Source: an uncultured Acidobacteriota bacterium
GTDB lineage: Bacteria > Acidobacteriota > Vicinamibacteria > Vicinamibacterales > UBA2999
Direction of reading: 5' to 3'
Length of the DNA: 64,000 bases
Assembly (NCBI GenBank): GCA_963802675.1
Contig: CAWDJL010000006.1
Location: 322,015-386,014 of the forward strand
The notes beneath the pieces are model-generated. The model was not told the DNA's origin, made no database searches, and worked only from the letters and a program-made list of their open reading frames with translations. Positions 1-12,434 of the stretch are shown piece by piece. How positions within the stretch are numbered: position 1 is the first letter of the stretch; the number at the start of each line of letters is the position of its first letter. The position numbers were made by a program, and so were the translations under genes.

Positions 1-721
1 TGGGTTGCTCATAGAGAATCGCTCCGCCGATGGCCGCACTCGTGGCTTCGGAGAAGGCCGGTCGTCCGGTCGCCATTTCGTACAGCACCAGGCCGAACGA
101 GAACATATCGGTCCGTGCGTCAACCTCCTTGCCGCGCAACTGCTCGGGTGACATGTAGGCGACCGTGCCGACGGCGACTCCGGCCTCAGTGAGTAGTGCC
201 TCGGCGGGTCGGGTCTGATCGTTCAACCATGCACCCGCGGGCGCCCCGGCGTGCACCTTCGCGAGGCCGAAATCCAGGAGCTTGGAGCCGTGCGAGGTGA
301 GAAAAATATTGGCCGGTTTGATATCGCGATGAATGAACCCGTGGCCGTGCGCGGCATCGAGCCCGTCGGCAGTCGCAATCGCGATGTCCAGCAGGGAGTG
401 GCTATCGAGTGGTCCGCGCAACAGTCGATGCTGAAGCGACTCGCCCTCCAGCAACTCCATCGCGATGAACGGCGGATTGGTTACACCGACGTCGTAGATG
501 GTGCAGATATTCGGATGGTTGAGGATGGAGGCGGTCTGCGCCTCGCGCTGCAACCGCTCCAACGCAGACGCCGATGACGTCAGCTCCTCGGGCAGCACCT
601 TGATCGCGACCGGTCGGTGCAGCCGTGTATCGGTGGCCCGATACACTTCGCCCATACCGCCGCGGCCGATCAGCCACTGAATTTCGTACGGACCGAGTTG
701 CGCGCCCGGTTGGAGCGTCAC
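1..721 (-). CDS. Ser/Thr protein kinase, N-terminal catalytic domain (3' end runs off the window)
   Basis: The frame leaves the window, so it is absent from the ORF track. Reverse translation from GTG 721-719 reads [59 protein letters not shown] (Hanks subdomains I, II, VIb, VII, VIII). Confidence 0.9.
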   Translation of the reverse strand, partial: MTLQPGAQLGPYEIQWLIGRGGMGEVYRATDTRLHRPVAIKVLPEELTSSASALERLQREAQTASILNHPNICTIYDVGVTNPPFIAMELLEGESLQHRLLRGPLDSHSLLDIAIATADGLDAAHGHGFIHRDIKPANIFLTSHGSKLLDFGLAKVHAGAPAGAWLNDQTRPAEALLTEAGVAVGTVAYMSPEQLRGKEVDARTDMFSFGLVLYEMATGRPAFSEATSAAIGGAILYEQP

Positions 722-808
722 GGTGGAACGGCGTGATTATATCGGCGGTATGGACGGGGGCCTCGATATCATTCCACCGGCATCAACGTGACGCCGGACT
801 GGCGGATC

Positions 809-1999
809 TCAAGCGTGCGCGCTCGCCCGACCGCGCGGGATCGATGTGCCGTCGCCACTGAATACCCCTGCGAGGCTCGCACGAACGCTGTCGTTGTAGC
901 CTGTGGCAAAGCGATAGCCGGCAGCACCTAGTGTCTGCGCCTCCTGCCGATCGACGAGGAGCCTCAAGACCTCGTCAGCGAACGATCTGGCGTCCGCCGC
1001 CACCTTAAAAGCCGTACCGGCTCCCTCCTCGAGGCCCGCCGCTCCGCAAGGCGTGGTGACCAACGCTCGCCCGTAGCCCAAGGCTTCCAACGTTTTCACC
1101 TTGAGGCCCGTGCCGAACTGGATCGGATTGACGACGACCTCAGCACTCGCGTACGCGGGTGCCAGGTCTTCCATCGTGCCGAGCAGCCGTACGCCGGGCG
1201 CCTCCGGGAACCGTCGACACACGATCCCGGCGAGGGCCAACTCGGCGCCCGGCTGCTGCGCGTGTATCAGGGGCAACACCTCCGCCACGAACCATTTGAG
1301 CGATGCGACGTTGATCGAATTCGCCGACCCGACCGAAAGTATCCTCCCCGCGACAACGCCAGTGGCCGGCAACGCCTGCAGTGCGACGGCGTGCCCCACG
1401 GTAACCACCGGGCGAGCGATTCGCGCGCGGAAATCCGCAGCCTCGTCCGGCTGGATGGCCAACACGGTGTGCGCCCGGTTCAGGCCTTTCGCTTCGTCAC
1501 GAGGCGAAAACGAGAACCAAGCTGGAGGTTGGTTGTTACGCAGAAATTGGCGGTGGCGATTCGCGAACACGTCGTGCGTATCGATGACCTTGAGCACGTC
1601 GTTCCGGAACCTAAGCAGGGCGCGAGACATGAACACATATTCAACGATCACCGCATCGAAGCCGACGCGCCCGTCGAGGGTATCAATTGCCGTATCGATC
1701 GCCGGGTCGTAGCACTCGTCGAGGCCCGTGAGGTACGCCCTATCCCTCCAGACGGTCCAAGCAATCCGGCGCGCGACTAGTCGGACGACGGACTGTTGCC
1801 ACGTGTATTCGACGGGCACGTAGCGGTCTCCCCAATTCGCCCGCATCGCTTGAGAGTCGCCCCATTCTTGCTCGACGTGCATGAAGTAAACGTCGTGGCC
1901 GATTTCGCGAAGTATAGTGCTCATCGACAGCACGCGCGCGCGGTTGCCCGCATCGGGTGGGTGAGTCGGAACGGGCGATATCAGGAGAATCCTGCGCAC
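809..1999 (-). CDS. glycosyltransferase, GT-B fold (GT1/GT4-like)
   Basis: 396-aa ORF. The C-terminal NPIQFGTGLKVKTLEALGYGRALVTT and the N-terminal ISPVPTHPPDAGNR are typical of GT4-type enzymes. Confidence 0.8.
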   Translation of the reverse strand: MRRILLISPVPTHPPDAGNRARVLSMSTILREIGHDVYFMHVEQEWGDSQAMRANWGDRYVPVEYTWQQSVVRLVARRIAWTVWRDRAYLTGLDECYDPAIDTAIDTLDGRVGFDAVIVEYVFMSRALLRFRNDVLKVIDTHDVFANRHRQFLRNNQPPAWFSFSPRDEAKGLNRAHTVLAIQPDEAADFRARIARPVVTVGHAVALQALPATGVVAGRILSVGSANSINVASLKWFVAEVLPLIHAQQPGAELALAGIVCRRFPEAPGVRLLGTMEDLAPAYASAEVVVNPIQFGTGLKVKTLEALGYGRALVTTPCGAAGLEEGAGTAFKVAADARSFADEVLRLLVDRQEAQTLGAAGYRFATGYNDSVRASLAGVFSGDGTSIPRGRASAHA

Positions 2000-2084
2000 G
2001 GCGCCGATTATATGGGATCTCTTGAGACTTCCCGTTGCAGTGACTTACCATCCTTCCGCCTGACGTCACGAGTCTGAGGGTGCA

Positions 2085-2990
2085 ATGATCGGAACGCTCA
2101 AGAGAGTGCTAGGGCGGTTCGCGCGATCTGCTCGCAAAGATCTGGACCCCACTCCCGAATCTCACCTCACGGACGATCTCGAATTCCACGTCGCGGACGA
2201 AACCGTTGCACAGAAGGCTCTCATGCAGCAGTACCGCTTACTCGCGTCTTTCGGCACCGATCGGCTACCTGCTCTCGCGGACGTCGGCTTCCGGAAGTAC
2301 TCCGAATTTGAAGAAGATGGGATTTTGCTCTACATCTTTTCGCTGGTTCCTCCTCTCAACCGGACGTGCGTCGAAATTTGTGCCGGCGACGGCCGACAGT
2401 GCAATACCGCCAATCTCATCATCAATCACGGCTGGTGGGGGCATTTGTTCGACGGGGACGAGCGAAATGTAAGGGTCGGTCGAGCGTTCTTCGCGCGACA
2501 CAAGGACACCTTCCTCTATCCGCCACGTTTTACCCACGCTTGGATCACCGCCGAGCATGTCAACGATCTGGTCGCGCAGTCCGGAGCGAGAGGGCCTGTT
2601 GATCTGCTCAGTCTCGATATCGACGGGATGGATTATTGGATATGGAAGGCGATAAGCGTCATCGAGCCTCAGGTCGTCGTTTGCGAGACTCACAATCCCA
2701 TCCCTCCCGACCTGGCGTTGACAGTACCCTACGATCCGCAATTTGTTTTTCAGTCTCGGAACTACGTTGGCGCCTCGCTGGCGGCGATGTGCAAACTTGG
2801 CAGAGAGAAGGGGTATCGGTTGGTGGGAGCGCATCGGTTCGGCTTCAACGCCTTTTTCTTGAAGAACGGAGTTGGAGAGCAGTTCTTTCCGGAGGTCGAC
2901 GCGGCGTCCTGCGTGCAAGACCCCTTTAGCGAGCTGGCGCGGCGGGAAAGATGGCCGCTCGCAAAGCAATTCAATTGGCAGAAAGTGTGA
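2085..2990 (+). CDS. hypothetical protein, possibly an FkbM-like SAM-dependent methyltransferase
   Basis: 301-aa ORF divergent from the GT gene. YSEFEEDGILLYIF..VEICAGDGRQCNTANLI..GWWGHLFDGD resembles the FkbM-type core. The family call is by eye only. Confidence 0.5.
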   Translation: MIGTLKRVLGRFARSARKDLDPTPESHLTDDLEFHVADETVAQKALMQQYRLLASFGTDRLPALADVGFRKYSEFEEDGILLYIFSLVPPLNRTCVEICAGDGRQCNTANLIINHGWWGHLFDGDERNVRVGRAFFARHKDTFLYPPRFTHAWITAEHVNDLVAQSGARGPVDLLSLDIDGMDYWIWKAISVIEPQVVVCETHNPIPPDLALTVPYDPQFVFQSRNYVGASLAAMCKLGREKGYRLVGAHRFGFNAFFLKNGVGEQFFPEVDAASCVQDPFSELARRERWPLAKQFNWQKV

Positions 2991-3007
2991 TCGAAGCCTT
3001 CCGCCTG

Positions 3008-3063
3008 AAGGCGGAAGCCACGAAGCTGAAGGCGGAAGCCACGAAGCTGAAGGCGGAAGCCAG
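3008..3063. repeat. 21-bp (3 x 7) tandem repeat GAAGGCGGAAGCCACGAAGCT, about 2.7 copies
   Basis: Two exact copies at 3008-3028 and 3029-3049, plus a partial third. It also forms the hairpin CTTCCGCC-TGAA-GGCGGAAG at 2998-3017. It lies between convergent genes. Confidence 0.9.
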
Positions 3064-3067
3064 ACGC

Positions 3068-3091
3068 GACGCCCGGCACTCGCCGGGCGTC
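3068..3091. terminator. perfect 10-bp GC hairpin between convergent genes (candidate bidirectional terminator, no U tract)
   Basis: GACGCCCGGC-ACTC-GCCGGGCGTC read directly. It sits between the stop at 2990 (+) and the stop at 3114 (-). Confidence 0.5.
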
Positions 3092-3113
3092 ACGCAACGG
3101 GCAACGGCAAACG

Positions 3114-4505
3114 CTATCGCTTCAACCGAACCCGCAGCCCGTGGGGATCGGGCTGCTGTGCGGGTTGCTGCATCGCGTTCGTCATCGGAATGATGGCTGC
3201 CAGCGTGCCGCTGCGGCCCCCGTGCGTCACCTCGATGATGCCGAGGCCGGGCGTGCTGCCAATCGCGTTGTGCGGATCGCCGCTGAGCGGCACCGGCCCA
3301 CGGAGCGCCACGAACAACCGGTCGCCGGACGGACTCGCGTCAACGAGATCGGGCGCCGCATTGTCGGTCAGCGGACCGTTCAGCGCGATCGTGTTCACGC
3401 GGCGGCCGCTTGGAACGCGGAGGATCTCCGCCACGTCGCCGTGCCGATCCATGACCCACAGGTACCGGCCGCGACCCGTGGCCGCCAGCCCGTGCGAGTC
3501 GGCGGCACCGCTCTTCGAAAACAGGAGCGTCGGCGCGGGCTTGTTTGGCCGGCCACCGGTCACGTAACCCTTCAGCGGGAAGCGATAGACATCGAACCCG
3601 TACAGCGTGGCGTGGTGAGGATCGCTGGACGACACGTTCACCGGACTCCCGCCCGAGTTGATGTACATCTCCTTCCCGACCTGCACGCCGCCGCAGCCGT
3701 TGCCTTTGACAGTGGCCTTGTCGTACTCGCTGACAATCGCCATGGGCGTGGCCTTCGTGTCCACGACGAACAAGCCGCCGCCACGCAACGTCACGAATCC
3801 GTAGCGGCTGCTGTCATCGATGATCGGACAGAGCGGCCAGTTGATGGGACGCAGGTCGGGATGCTCGCAGGGCTGTCCGCTGGGCGTCGTACAGGTCGCC
3901 AGGTCGAGCGTGGCCGCGGCGTTGTGCGTGAACGTGTTGGTTCGGAAGTTCGTGTCGATACGTTCCAGGCGCTTGCCGTTCTGGTTCGCAACCAGTATGA
4001 ACGACCCGTCCGGCGCCGGATAGGCAGCGTGCGCCTGACGTGTCTTGGTGCTGTCGCTGACCGTCGTTTCGAAGCTGTTCAACGGCGTGCGTGACTCCGC
4101 GTCGAAGATCACAACGTGTCCGCTCGCCACGAACGACACGATGGCATGCGTGTGCTCGGTGTTGAAGAGCACCATGTGCGGCCGTACCGGATTGCGGCCC
4201 GTCGCAGCCCGGCACACGTCGGCGGTGTTCGCGCCCAGGTCCACGCGCTGGATTGGCGTCGCGGCCCATGCGAAAGGCCCCGCGAGATCGGCGCCATCGA
4301 AGATCAGGATCTGGCCACCGAAGCCCGGCCGCGTGTCGGACTGATCGGCGATCCACACTTCGAAACTGTTCGAATGAAGATCGTGACCCGCGAGCGCCTG
4401 TGTCACGGCCGCGAAAGGCCGTCCGCTCTCCGATGCGGCGGAGAGGAGCACGGCAACGATGACCATCCCCAAGGTGCCGTGTGCAAAGGCGAAACGCGTT
4501 CTCAA
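3114..4505 (-). CDS. secreted beta-propeller-like protein (YncE/lactonase-like), function unknown
   Basis: 463-aa ORF with an N-terminal hydrophobic signal (GTLGMVIVAVLLSAASESG) and repeated strand-rich segments. TTG start overlaps the upstream stop (TTGA). Confidence 0.65.
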   Translation of the reverse strand: MRTRFAFAHGTLGMVIVAVLLSAASESGRPFAAVTQALAGHDLHSNSFEVWIADQSDTRPGFGGQILIFDGADLAGPFAWAATPIQRVDLGANTADVCRAATGRNPVRPHMVLFNTEHTHAIVSFVASGHVVIFDAESRTPLNSFETTVSDSTKTRQAHAAYPAPDGSFILVANQNGKRLERIDTNFRTNTFTHNAAATLDLATCTTPSGQPCEHPDLRPINWPLCPIIDDSSRYGFVTLRGGGLFVVDTKATPMAIVSEYDKATVKGNGCGGVQVGKEMYINSGGSPVNVSSSDPHHATLYGFDVYRFPLKGYVTGGRPNKPAPTLLFSKSGAADSHGLAATGRGRYLWVMDRHGDVAEILRVPSGRRVNTIALNGPLTDNAAPDLVDASPSGDRLFVALRGPVPLSGDPHNAIGSTPGLGIIEVTHGGRSGTLAAIIPMTNAMQQPAQQPDPHGLRVRLKR

Positions 4506-5170
4506 GGGCGGCCTCCTTCGATGCCGCCGGTGTTGGACGTCGCAGGGGCGGGAACGTAGCGCAGATAGGGCCTGGGGGCGCGCCAGCCTCTCGGATAGCG
4601 TTGGCGTGCGATCTCATCCGAGACCGCGGGGACGATGATCACGTCCTCGCCCTGCCGCCAGTTCACGGGAGTGGCCACCTGGTGCCGGGCCGTGAGCTGC
4701 AGCGAGTCGATGACGCGGAGCACCTCGTCGAAGCTGCGTCCGGTACTCGCAGGGTAGGTGATGGTGAGCTTGATGCGCTTGTCGGGTCCGATCACGAACA
4801 CCGATCGGACGGTCGCGGTGTCGCCGGCCTGCGGATCGAGCATGCCGTACTGCATTGCCACCTTCCGGTCGTGGTCCGCAATCATGGGAAAGTTGGGTGC
4901 GGTGCCCGTCACCGCCTGGATGTCTTTCGACCACTCGCGGTGCGCATCCAGGCCATCCACGCTGAGACCCATGAGGCGCACGCCGCGACGGTCGAACTCG
5001 GGCTTCAGCTGCGCCAGAATGCCCAGCTCCGTCGTGCACACCGGCGTGAAGTCTTTCGGGTGAGAGAAGAGCACTCCCCACGAGTCGCCGAGCCACGTGT
5101 GAAAGTCGATGTTGCCATCTGTGGTCTCTGCGGTGAACGTTGGGGCCACATCGCCCAGCTTCAGGGACAT
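4502..5170 (-). CDS. 1-Cys peroxiredoxin (Prx6-type)
   Basis: MSLKLGDVAPTFTAETTDGNIDFHTWLGDSWGVLFSHPKDFTPVCTTELG carries the canonical PVCTTE peroxidatic-Cys motif. Confidence 0.95.
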   Translation of the reverse strand: MSLKLGDVAPTFTAETTDGNIDFHTWLGDSWGVLFSHPKDFTPVCTTELGILAQLKPEFDRRGVRLMGLSVDGLDAHREWSKDIQAVTGTAPNFPMIADHDRKVAMQYGMLDPQAGDTATVRSVFVIGPDKRIKLTITYPASTGRSFDEVLRVIDSLQLTARHQVATPVNWRQGEDVIIVPAVSDEIARQRYPRGWRAPRPYLRYVPAPATSNTGGIEGGRP

Positions 5171-5260
5171 GACACACTCGTTTCGGCACGCTACTTGTCC
5201 GCGGTATGCGGAAGGACGCGTGCTCCTATTCCCTTAGGCAGAACTGGTGGATGGATTAGC

Positions 5261-7936
<2,676 letters not shown>

Positions 7937-7956
<20 letters not shown>

Positions 7957-8431
7957 GTTCCCTGGCCAACCAGGCGCGCGCCAGTTCCCAGTGCCGCTTC
8001 ACTGTCGCGGGCGAGACCTCGAGTGCGGCCGCGGTCTCGTCGATGGTCATGCCGGCGAACACTCGACACTCGACGATGCGTGCGGCGCCCGCATGGACGT
8101 GTTCGAGGCGCGCGAGCGCGTCGTGCATGTGGAGGACGTCGTCGAGCCGCTCGTCGGCGACCAGACCCGTCAGGTCGAGCTCCATCGGCGGCACGCCGCC
8201 GCCGCGCTTTTGTGCGTTCCGCGCGACCGCGTAGTCGATGAGCACCCGTCGCATCGCGCCGGCTGCCGCCGCAAAGAAGTGCGCGCGGTCCCGCCATTCG
8301 ATCCGTGTCAATCCCACGAGCCTGGCGTAGGCCTCGTGTGCAAGCGCTGTGGCGCTCAGGGTATGCCCGCGGCGCTCGCCGGCAAGCTGCTGACGGGCGA
8401 TGTGGCGCAACGCGTCGTACACCAGCGGCAT
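7937..8431 (-). CDS. ECF-type sigma-70 factor (kinase-associated subfamily); the true start is probably ATG 8520, through a 1-nt frame break at 8511-8514
   Basis: LMPLVYDALRHIARQQL..HEAYARL..region-4 HTH MTIDETAAALEVSPATVKRHWELARAWL. The in-frame upstream sequence VTLLLRDARR..LDAL belongs to the family but has no ATG/GTG/TTG. An ATG with an upstream GAGG lies one frame over, across a C4 run. Confidence 0.85.
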
Positions 8432-8753
8432 CAGGGCATCGAGCCTCTCGCGCGCGCATCGGCGAGCGTCACGCAGCAGGAGCGTGACTCGCTCCTCGCC
8501 CAGGCCGTTCGGGGCGACATCGTGGGTTCCGCCTCAGCCGCCATCGCCTTGCCTGGAAAGGGGGTGGAAAGCAGAGTCGGCGACCCGACGGGCAGGATGG
8601 CACTGCCGGGAGATCGCACGTCCGGCTCAGGCGCATACATGATCCGCACATAGGTGTAGGCGGAATCGAGCGGAAATTCAGCTCACTGACTCCGAGCCAC
8701 GTCTTCTGGGGCACGCCAGCGTTCGTAGGCCTGCACGGTAAACTGCGGATGAC

Positions 8754-11700
8754 GTGAAAGCCGTCGGTGACACCCTCGTACTCTCCGCTACCGACCTCTC
8801 GATCTTCCTTGGTTGCCGCCACCGTACGGCACTGGACCTCGCGGTTGCACTCGGCGAGCGTGAGAAGCCGACTTGGGTGGATCCCTTCGCCGAGGTCCTG
8901 CGCGAGCGCGGGCGAGAGCACGAGCGGAAATACGTCGAGTCGTTGCGAGCGAGTGGGCTGACCGTCGTTGATCTCGGCGGGACCGATAACGCTCATCAGC
9001 TCACGATCGAGGCGATGCGCGCCGGCACGGGGGCCATCGTGCAAGCCTGCCTCAGGAACGACAAGTGGCTGGGTTACGCCGACATCCTGCAGCGCGTCGA
9101 GGTCCCCAGCGCCCTCGGGGCCTGGTCATACGAGGTGTACGACACCAAGCTCGCGCGGCAAACGAAAGCCGGCACGATTCTGCAGCTCGCCGTCTACTCT
9201 GACTTGCTCGCCGACGTCCAAGGCTTGCGCCCCACACACTTCCACGTCGTCACGCCCGACGTCACCAGTCCGCTGCAGCGCTATCGGCTGGCCGACTACG
9301 AGGCGTATTTCCGCCAGATCCGCTGGGAGCTGGAAGGGCAGGTCGTTCACGACGAGCGAGTTACGGCCAGTATCACGTATCCCGAGCCCGTCGATCACTG
9401 CGAGGTGTGCCGGTGGTTCTTGCAGTGCGAGGCGCAGCGGAGAACGGACGATCACCTTTCGTACGTCGCCGGTCTGTCGCGTTTGCATCGGCGAGAGCTG
9501 CATTCTCACGGGATCACGACGCTCACCGAGCTGGCGCAGATGCCAGTGCCACTGACGTTCAAGCCCTCGCGCGGGTCGAAGGCGACGCTCGAGCGGCTGC
9601 AGGATCAGGCGCGGCTGCAGGATCTGAGTCGGCAAACGAAGCGTCCCGAGTTTGCGCTGCTGCCGCCTGGAGTAGAGCAGGGGCTGTGCCGGTTGCCGGA
9701 GCCGAGCAACGGCGACGTGTTTCTCGATATCGAAGGCGATCCGTTCGCCCGCGAGGGAGGGCGGGAATACCTGTTTGGGACGGCGACGGCAGGTGCGATG
9801 GGGGCAGCCCCGCCTTCGCGGCCCGACGGGCCGCTGCGGCGAGGTCGCGCCGAAGCTCGCGCGCATCATGAGCGAGCGACGGCGGAAGCGTTGCCGCCGC
9901 TTCTGGCGATTGCGGAGGCGGCGGACGAGGCGGCGCTCGACTCCACCGCGCATTGGGCGTTCGATGATCGCGAGGAGCGCGCGGCGTTCGAGGCCGTCGT
10001 CGATCGCATCATGGCGCGATGGGCGACCGACCACAACATGCACGTGTACCACTTTGGCCATTACGAGCCCTCCGCCCTCAAGCGACTGATGGGACGCTAT
10101 GCGAGCCGCGAAGACGCCATCGATCAGCTGCTGCGTGCGGAGCGGTTCGTGGACCTTCATCAGGTGGTCCGTCACGCCGTGCGCGCCGGGGTCGAGAGCT
10201 ATTCGATCAAGCAGCTCGAACGCTTTTACGACTTCGTCCGAGAGGTTCCTCTCGGCGAGGCCGCCCTGCATCGACGCACGCTGGAGATCGCGCTCGAGAC
10301 GCACGCCATCGGAGCCGTCGGCGACGCTGTCAAGGAAACAGTCGAGCAATACAACCGCGACGACTGTCGCTCGACGCTGGCCCTGCGTCAGTGGTTGGAG
10401 TCGCTGCGGGCACGTGTGATTGCGGACGGTCACGTGCTCGCACGGCCGACGTCGAAGCCGCCGGAGCCACCGCAGAGGGTCAGCGACCTGCAGGCGCACG
10501 TCGCGGCACTGCGCTCGCGATTGCTGGCCGACGTTCCAGAGGATCCCGTGCAGCGCACCGACGCGCAACAGACGCGATGGCTGCTGGCGTACCTGCTCGA
10601 CTGGCATCGTCGCGAGGACAAGGTGGGGTGGTGGGAGTACTACAGGCTTCGCGACCTACCCGAAGAGGATCTCGTTGACGAGCCTCAGGCCATTGCCGGG
10701 CTCGAGTTCGTCGCTCGCATCGGCGACGTGCTCAACAAGAAGACTGGCCGGCCGACCGGTACCGTCGTCGATCGCTATCGCTATCCGCCCCAGGAAATGG
10801 AAATCCGCGAAGACGATGAGCTGAAACTGAAGGACGAAAGCAAGTTCGGCGAGGTGGATGACGTTGATCGCACCGAGCGTGTGATCGACGTGCGCAAAAG
10901 CCGTGGGATGGCTGAGGAGCATCCGTCGGTCGTCTTCGCGCACAAGCATTTTCCAACCGACACGATGCAGAGTGCGTTGCTTCGACTCGGTGACCGAGTG
11001 CTGAGCGACGCGACTCAGGGTTGTGGCCTCGACCTCCTGTTTCGCCGTCCGCCACGGCTCAAGGCGACCGCCGCAGATGGGTTCGTGCGTCAGCGTGATG
11101 AGACCTCTCTCGAGTTTGCGATCAGATGCGGCCTCGACCTCGATGGCAGCACGTTGGCGATTCAAGGGCCGCCGGGGTCGGGCAAAACGTTCACTGGCGC
11201 CCGGATGATCTGCCGGCTCGTGCAGGCGGGGCAGCGGGTGGGAGTCACAGCGGTCAGTCACAAAGTGATCCGCAATCTGCTCGATGCGGTGAGACGCGAA
11301 GCCGCGATCCTCGACATCGTTGTGCAGTGTGGTCACAAGACCAAGCCTCACGAGAATGACCCGAAGGAGCTGCGAGTTGCCGAGACGTCCTCGGACGCAT
11401 TGGAGTTGTTGCGCAACGGCGAGATTGAAGTGCTCGGCGGCACGTCCTGGCTGTGGGCGCGCCCTGAGGCCGCGGACGCCGTCGACGTGCTATTCGTGGA
11501 CGAGGCCGGGCAGATGTCTCTTGCGAATGTGCTCGCCGCATCGCAGGCGGCACGTAATCTCGTGCTCCTCGGCGATCCGCAGCAGCTCGAACAGCCGCAG
11601 AAGGGCAGTCATCCGGACGGCGTCGACGCCTCGGCGCTGGACCACGTGCTCGGCGGTGCCCATACGATGCCCGACGATCGTGGCATCTTTCTCCCGGTGA

Positions 11701-12317
11701 CGTGGCGGCTCGCGCCTGCCATCTGCACCTTCACCTCGTCGGTCTTCTATGACGGAAGACTCACGTCGCTCGAGGGCCTCGAGCATCAGCGGCTCCTCGG
11801 GAGCGGAGCGTACGACGAGCCCGGTCTGTACCTGGCGCTCGTGAATCACGACCGCAATCGCAACTGGTCCGCGGAGGAGATTGACGTCATCGATCGCATC
11901 GTGACGCGGTTGTTGAATCCCGACGTCGCCTGGATCGACCGTGCCCAGACGACGCGACGGGTCGAGTCGACGGATATCCTGGTCGTCGCGCCCTATAACG
12001 CTCAGGTGAGTCGGCTGGCCGATCGTCTCGCGTCGCGGGGGGTGCCGGTCGGGACCGTCGACAAGTTCCAGGGGCAGGAAGCGCCGGTTGTGATCTACTC
12101 GATGGCGACGTCGCGGCCGGAGGATGCCCCGCGCGGGATGGAGTTCCTGTACAGCCTGAATCGCCTCAACGTTGCGACCTCGCGGGCGCGGTGCGCGGTC
12201 GTCCTGGTCGCGTCGCCGGCGCTGTTCGAGCCGGAGTGTCGGACGCCGAGGCAGTTGCAGCTCGCGAACGCCTTGTGTCGGTATCGCGAGTTTGCCCGAG
12301 TCGTCAGCCCCGACTGA
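8754..12317 (+). CDS. fusion protein: Cas4/RecB-like PD-(D/E)XK nuclease with 4-Cys cluster + RNase-H-like exonuclease-like domain + SF1 (Upf1/Dna2-like) helicase
   Basis: 1187-aa ORF with a GTG start. The nuclease has YDTKLARQTK, QLAVYS, and cysteines C21 plus CEVCRWFLQC. The middle has DIEGDPF..YHFGHYE..YNRDDC. The helicase has Walker A IQGPPGSGKT, Walker B LFVDEAGQ, LLGDPQQL, VDKFQGQE and NVATSRAR. Confidence 0.9.
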   Translation: MKAVGDTLVLSATDLSIFLGCRHRTALDLAVALGEREKPTWVDPFAEVLRERGREHERKYVESLRASGLTVVDLGGTDNAHQLTIEAMRAGTGAIVQACLRNDKWLGYADILQRVEVPSALGAWSYEVYDTKLARQTKAGTILQLAVYSDLLADVQGLRPTHFHVVTPDVTSPLQRYRLADYEAYFRQIRWELEGQVVHDERVTASITYPEPVDHCEVCRWFLQCEAQRRTDDHLSYVAGLSRLHRRELHSHGITTLTELAQMPVPLTFKPSRGSKATLERLQDQARLQDLSRQTKRPEFALLPPGVEQGLCRLPEPSNGDVFLDIEGDPFAREGGREYLFGTATAGAMGAAPPSRPDGPLRRGRAEARAHHERATAEALPPLLAIAEAADEAALDSTAHWAFDDREERAAFEAVVDRIMARWATDHNMHVYHFGHYEPSALKRLMGRYASREDAIDQLLRAERFVDLHQVVRHAVRAGVESYSIKQLERFYDFVREVPLGEAALHRRTLEIALETHAIGAVGDAVKETVEQYNRDDCRSTLALRQWLESLRARVIADGHVLARPTSKPPEPPQRVSDLQAHVAALRSRLLADVPEDPVQRTDAQQTRWLLAYLLDWHRREDKVGWWEYYRLRDLPEEDLVDEPQAIAGLEFVARIGDVLNKKTGRPTGTVVDRYRYPPQEMEIREDDELKLKDESKFGEVDDVDRTERVIDVRKSRGMAEEHPSVVFAHKHFPTDTMQSALLRLGDRVLSDATQGCGLDLLFRRPPRLKATAADGFVRQRDETSLEFAIRCGLDLDGSTLAIQGPPGSGKTFTGARMICRLVQAGQRVGVTAVSHKVIRNLLDAVRREAAILDIVVQCGHKTKPHENDPKELRVAETSSDALELLRNGEIEVLGGTSWLWARPEAADAVDVLFVDEAGQMSLANVLAASQAARNLVLLGDPQQLEQPQKGSHPDGVDASALDHVLGGAHTMPDDRGIFLPVTWRLAPAICTFTSSVFYDGRLTSLEGLEHQRLLGSGAYDEPGLYLALVNHDRNRNWSAEEIDVIDRIVTRLLNPDVAWIDRAQTTRRVESTDILVVAPYNAQVSRLADRLASRGVPVGTVDKFQGQEAPVVIYSMATSRPEDAPRGMEFLYSLNRLNVATSRARCAVVLVASPALFEPECRTPRQLQLANALCRYREFARVVSPD

Positions 12318-12321
12318 CTGC

Positions 12322-12434
12322 GTTTACAGGGCCGGTCCCCCGGACTGTTCCAATTCCAGTTTCTGCCACTCTCGGGCGAGATTTTGAAAAAAAGGGGCCT
12401 GTCCCCTTTTATGCAGAGTGACAGTCCTTGTCAC
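12322..12434. repeat. REP-family copies (variant GTTTACAGGGCCGGTCCCC plus a full unit with an 8-bp-stem hairpin)
   Basis: The full unit at 12387-12434 is AAAAGGGG-CCTGT-CCCCTTTT ATGCA GA GTGACA-GTCCT-TGTCAC. The same unit occurs at 20158-20205, 26858-26899 and 27655-27692. Confidence 0.85.

Noticed and set aside
2951-3193. 80-aa ORF with a striking heptad pattern (KAEATKLKAEATKLKAEA) that suggests a coiled-coil protein.
   Set aside because: It is the translation of the 21-bp DNA tandem repeat in a convergent spacer. It has no RBS and no flanking protein-like sequence.
9126-10607. Long ORFs antisense to clear genes, such as 9126-10607(-), 3141-4094(+), 15196-16329(+), 45533-46381(-), 57720-58631(+), 59957-61393(+) and 63151-63939(+).
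   Set aside because: These are typical GC-rich shadow ORFs, Arg/Pro/Gly/Ala-rich and without motifs. Each lies opposite a gene with strong family signatures.
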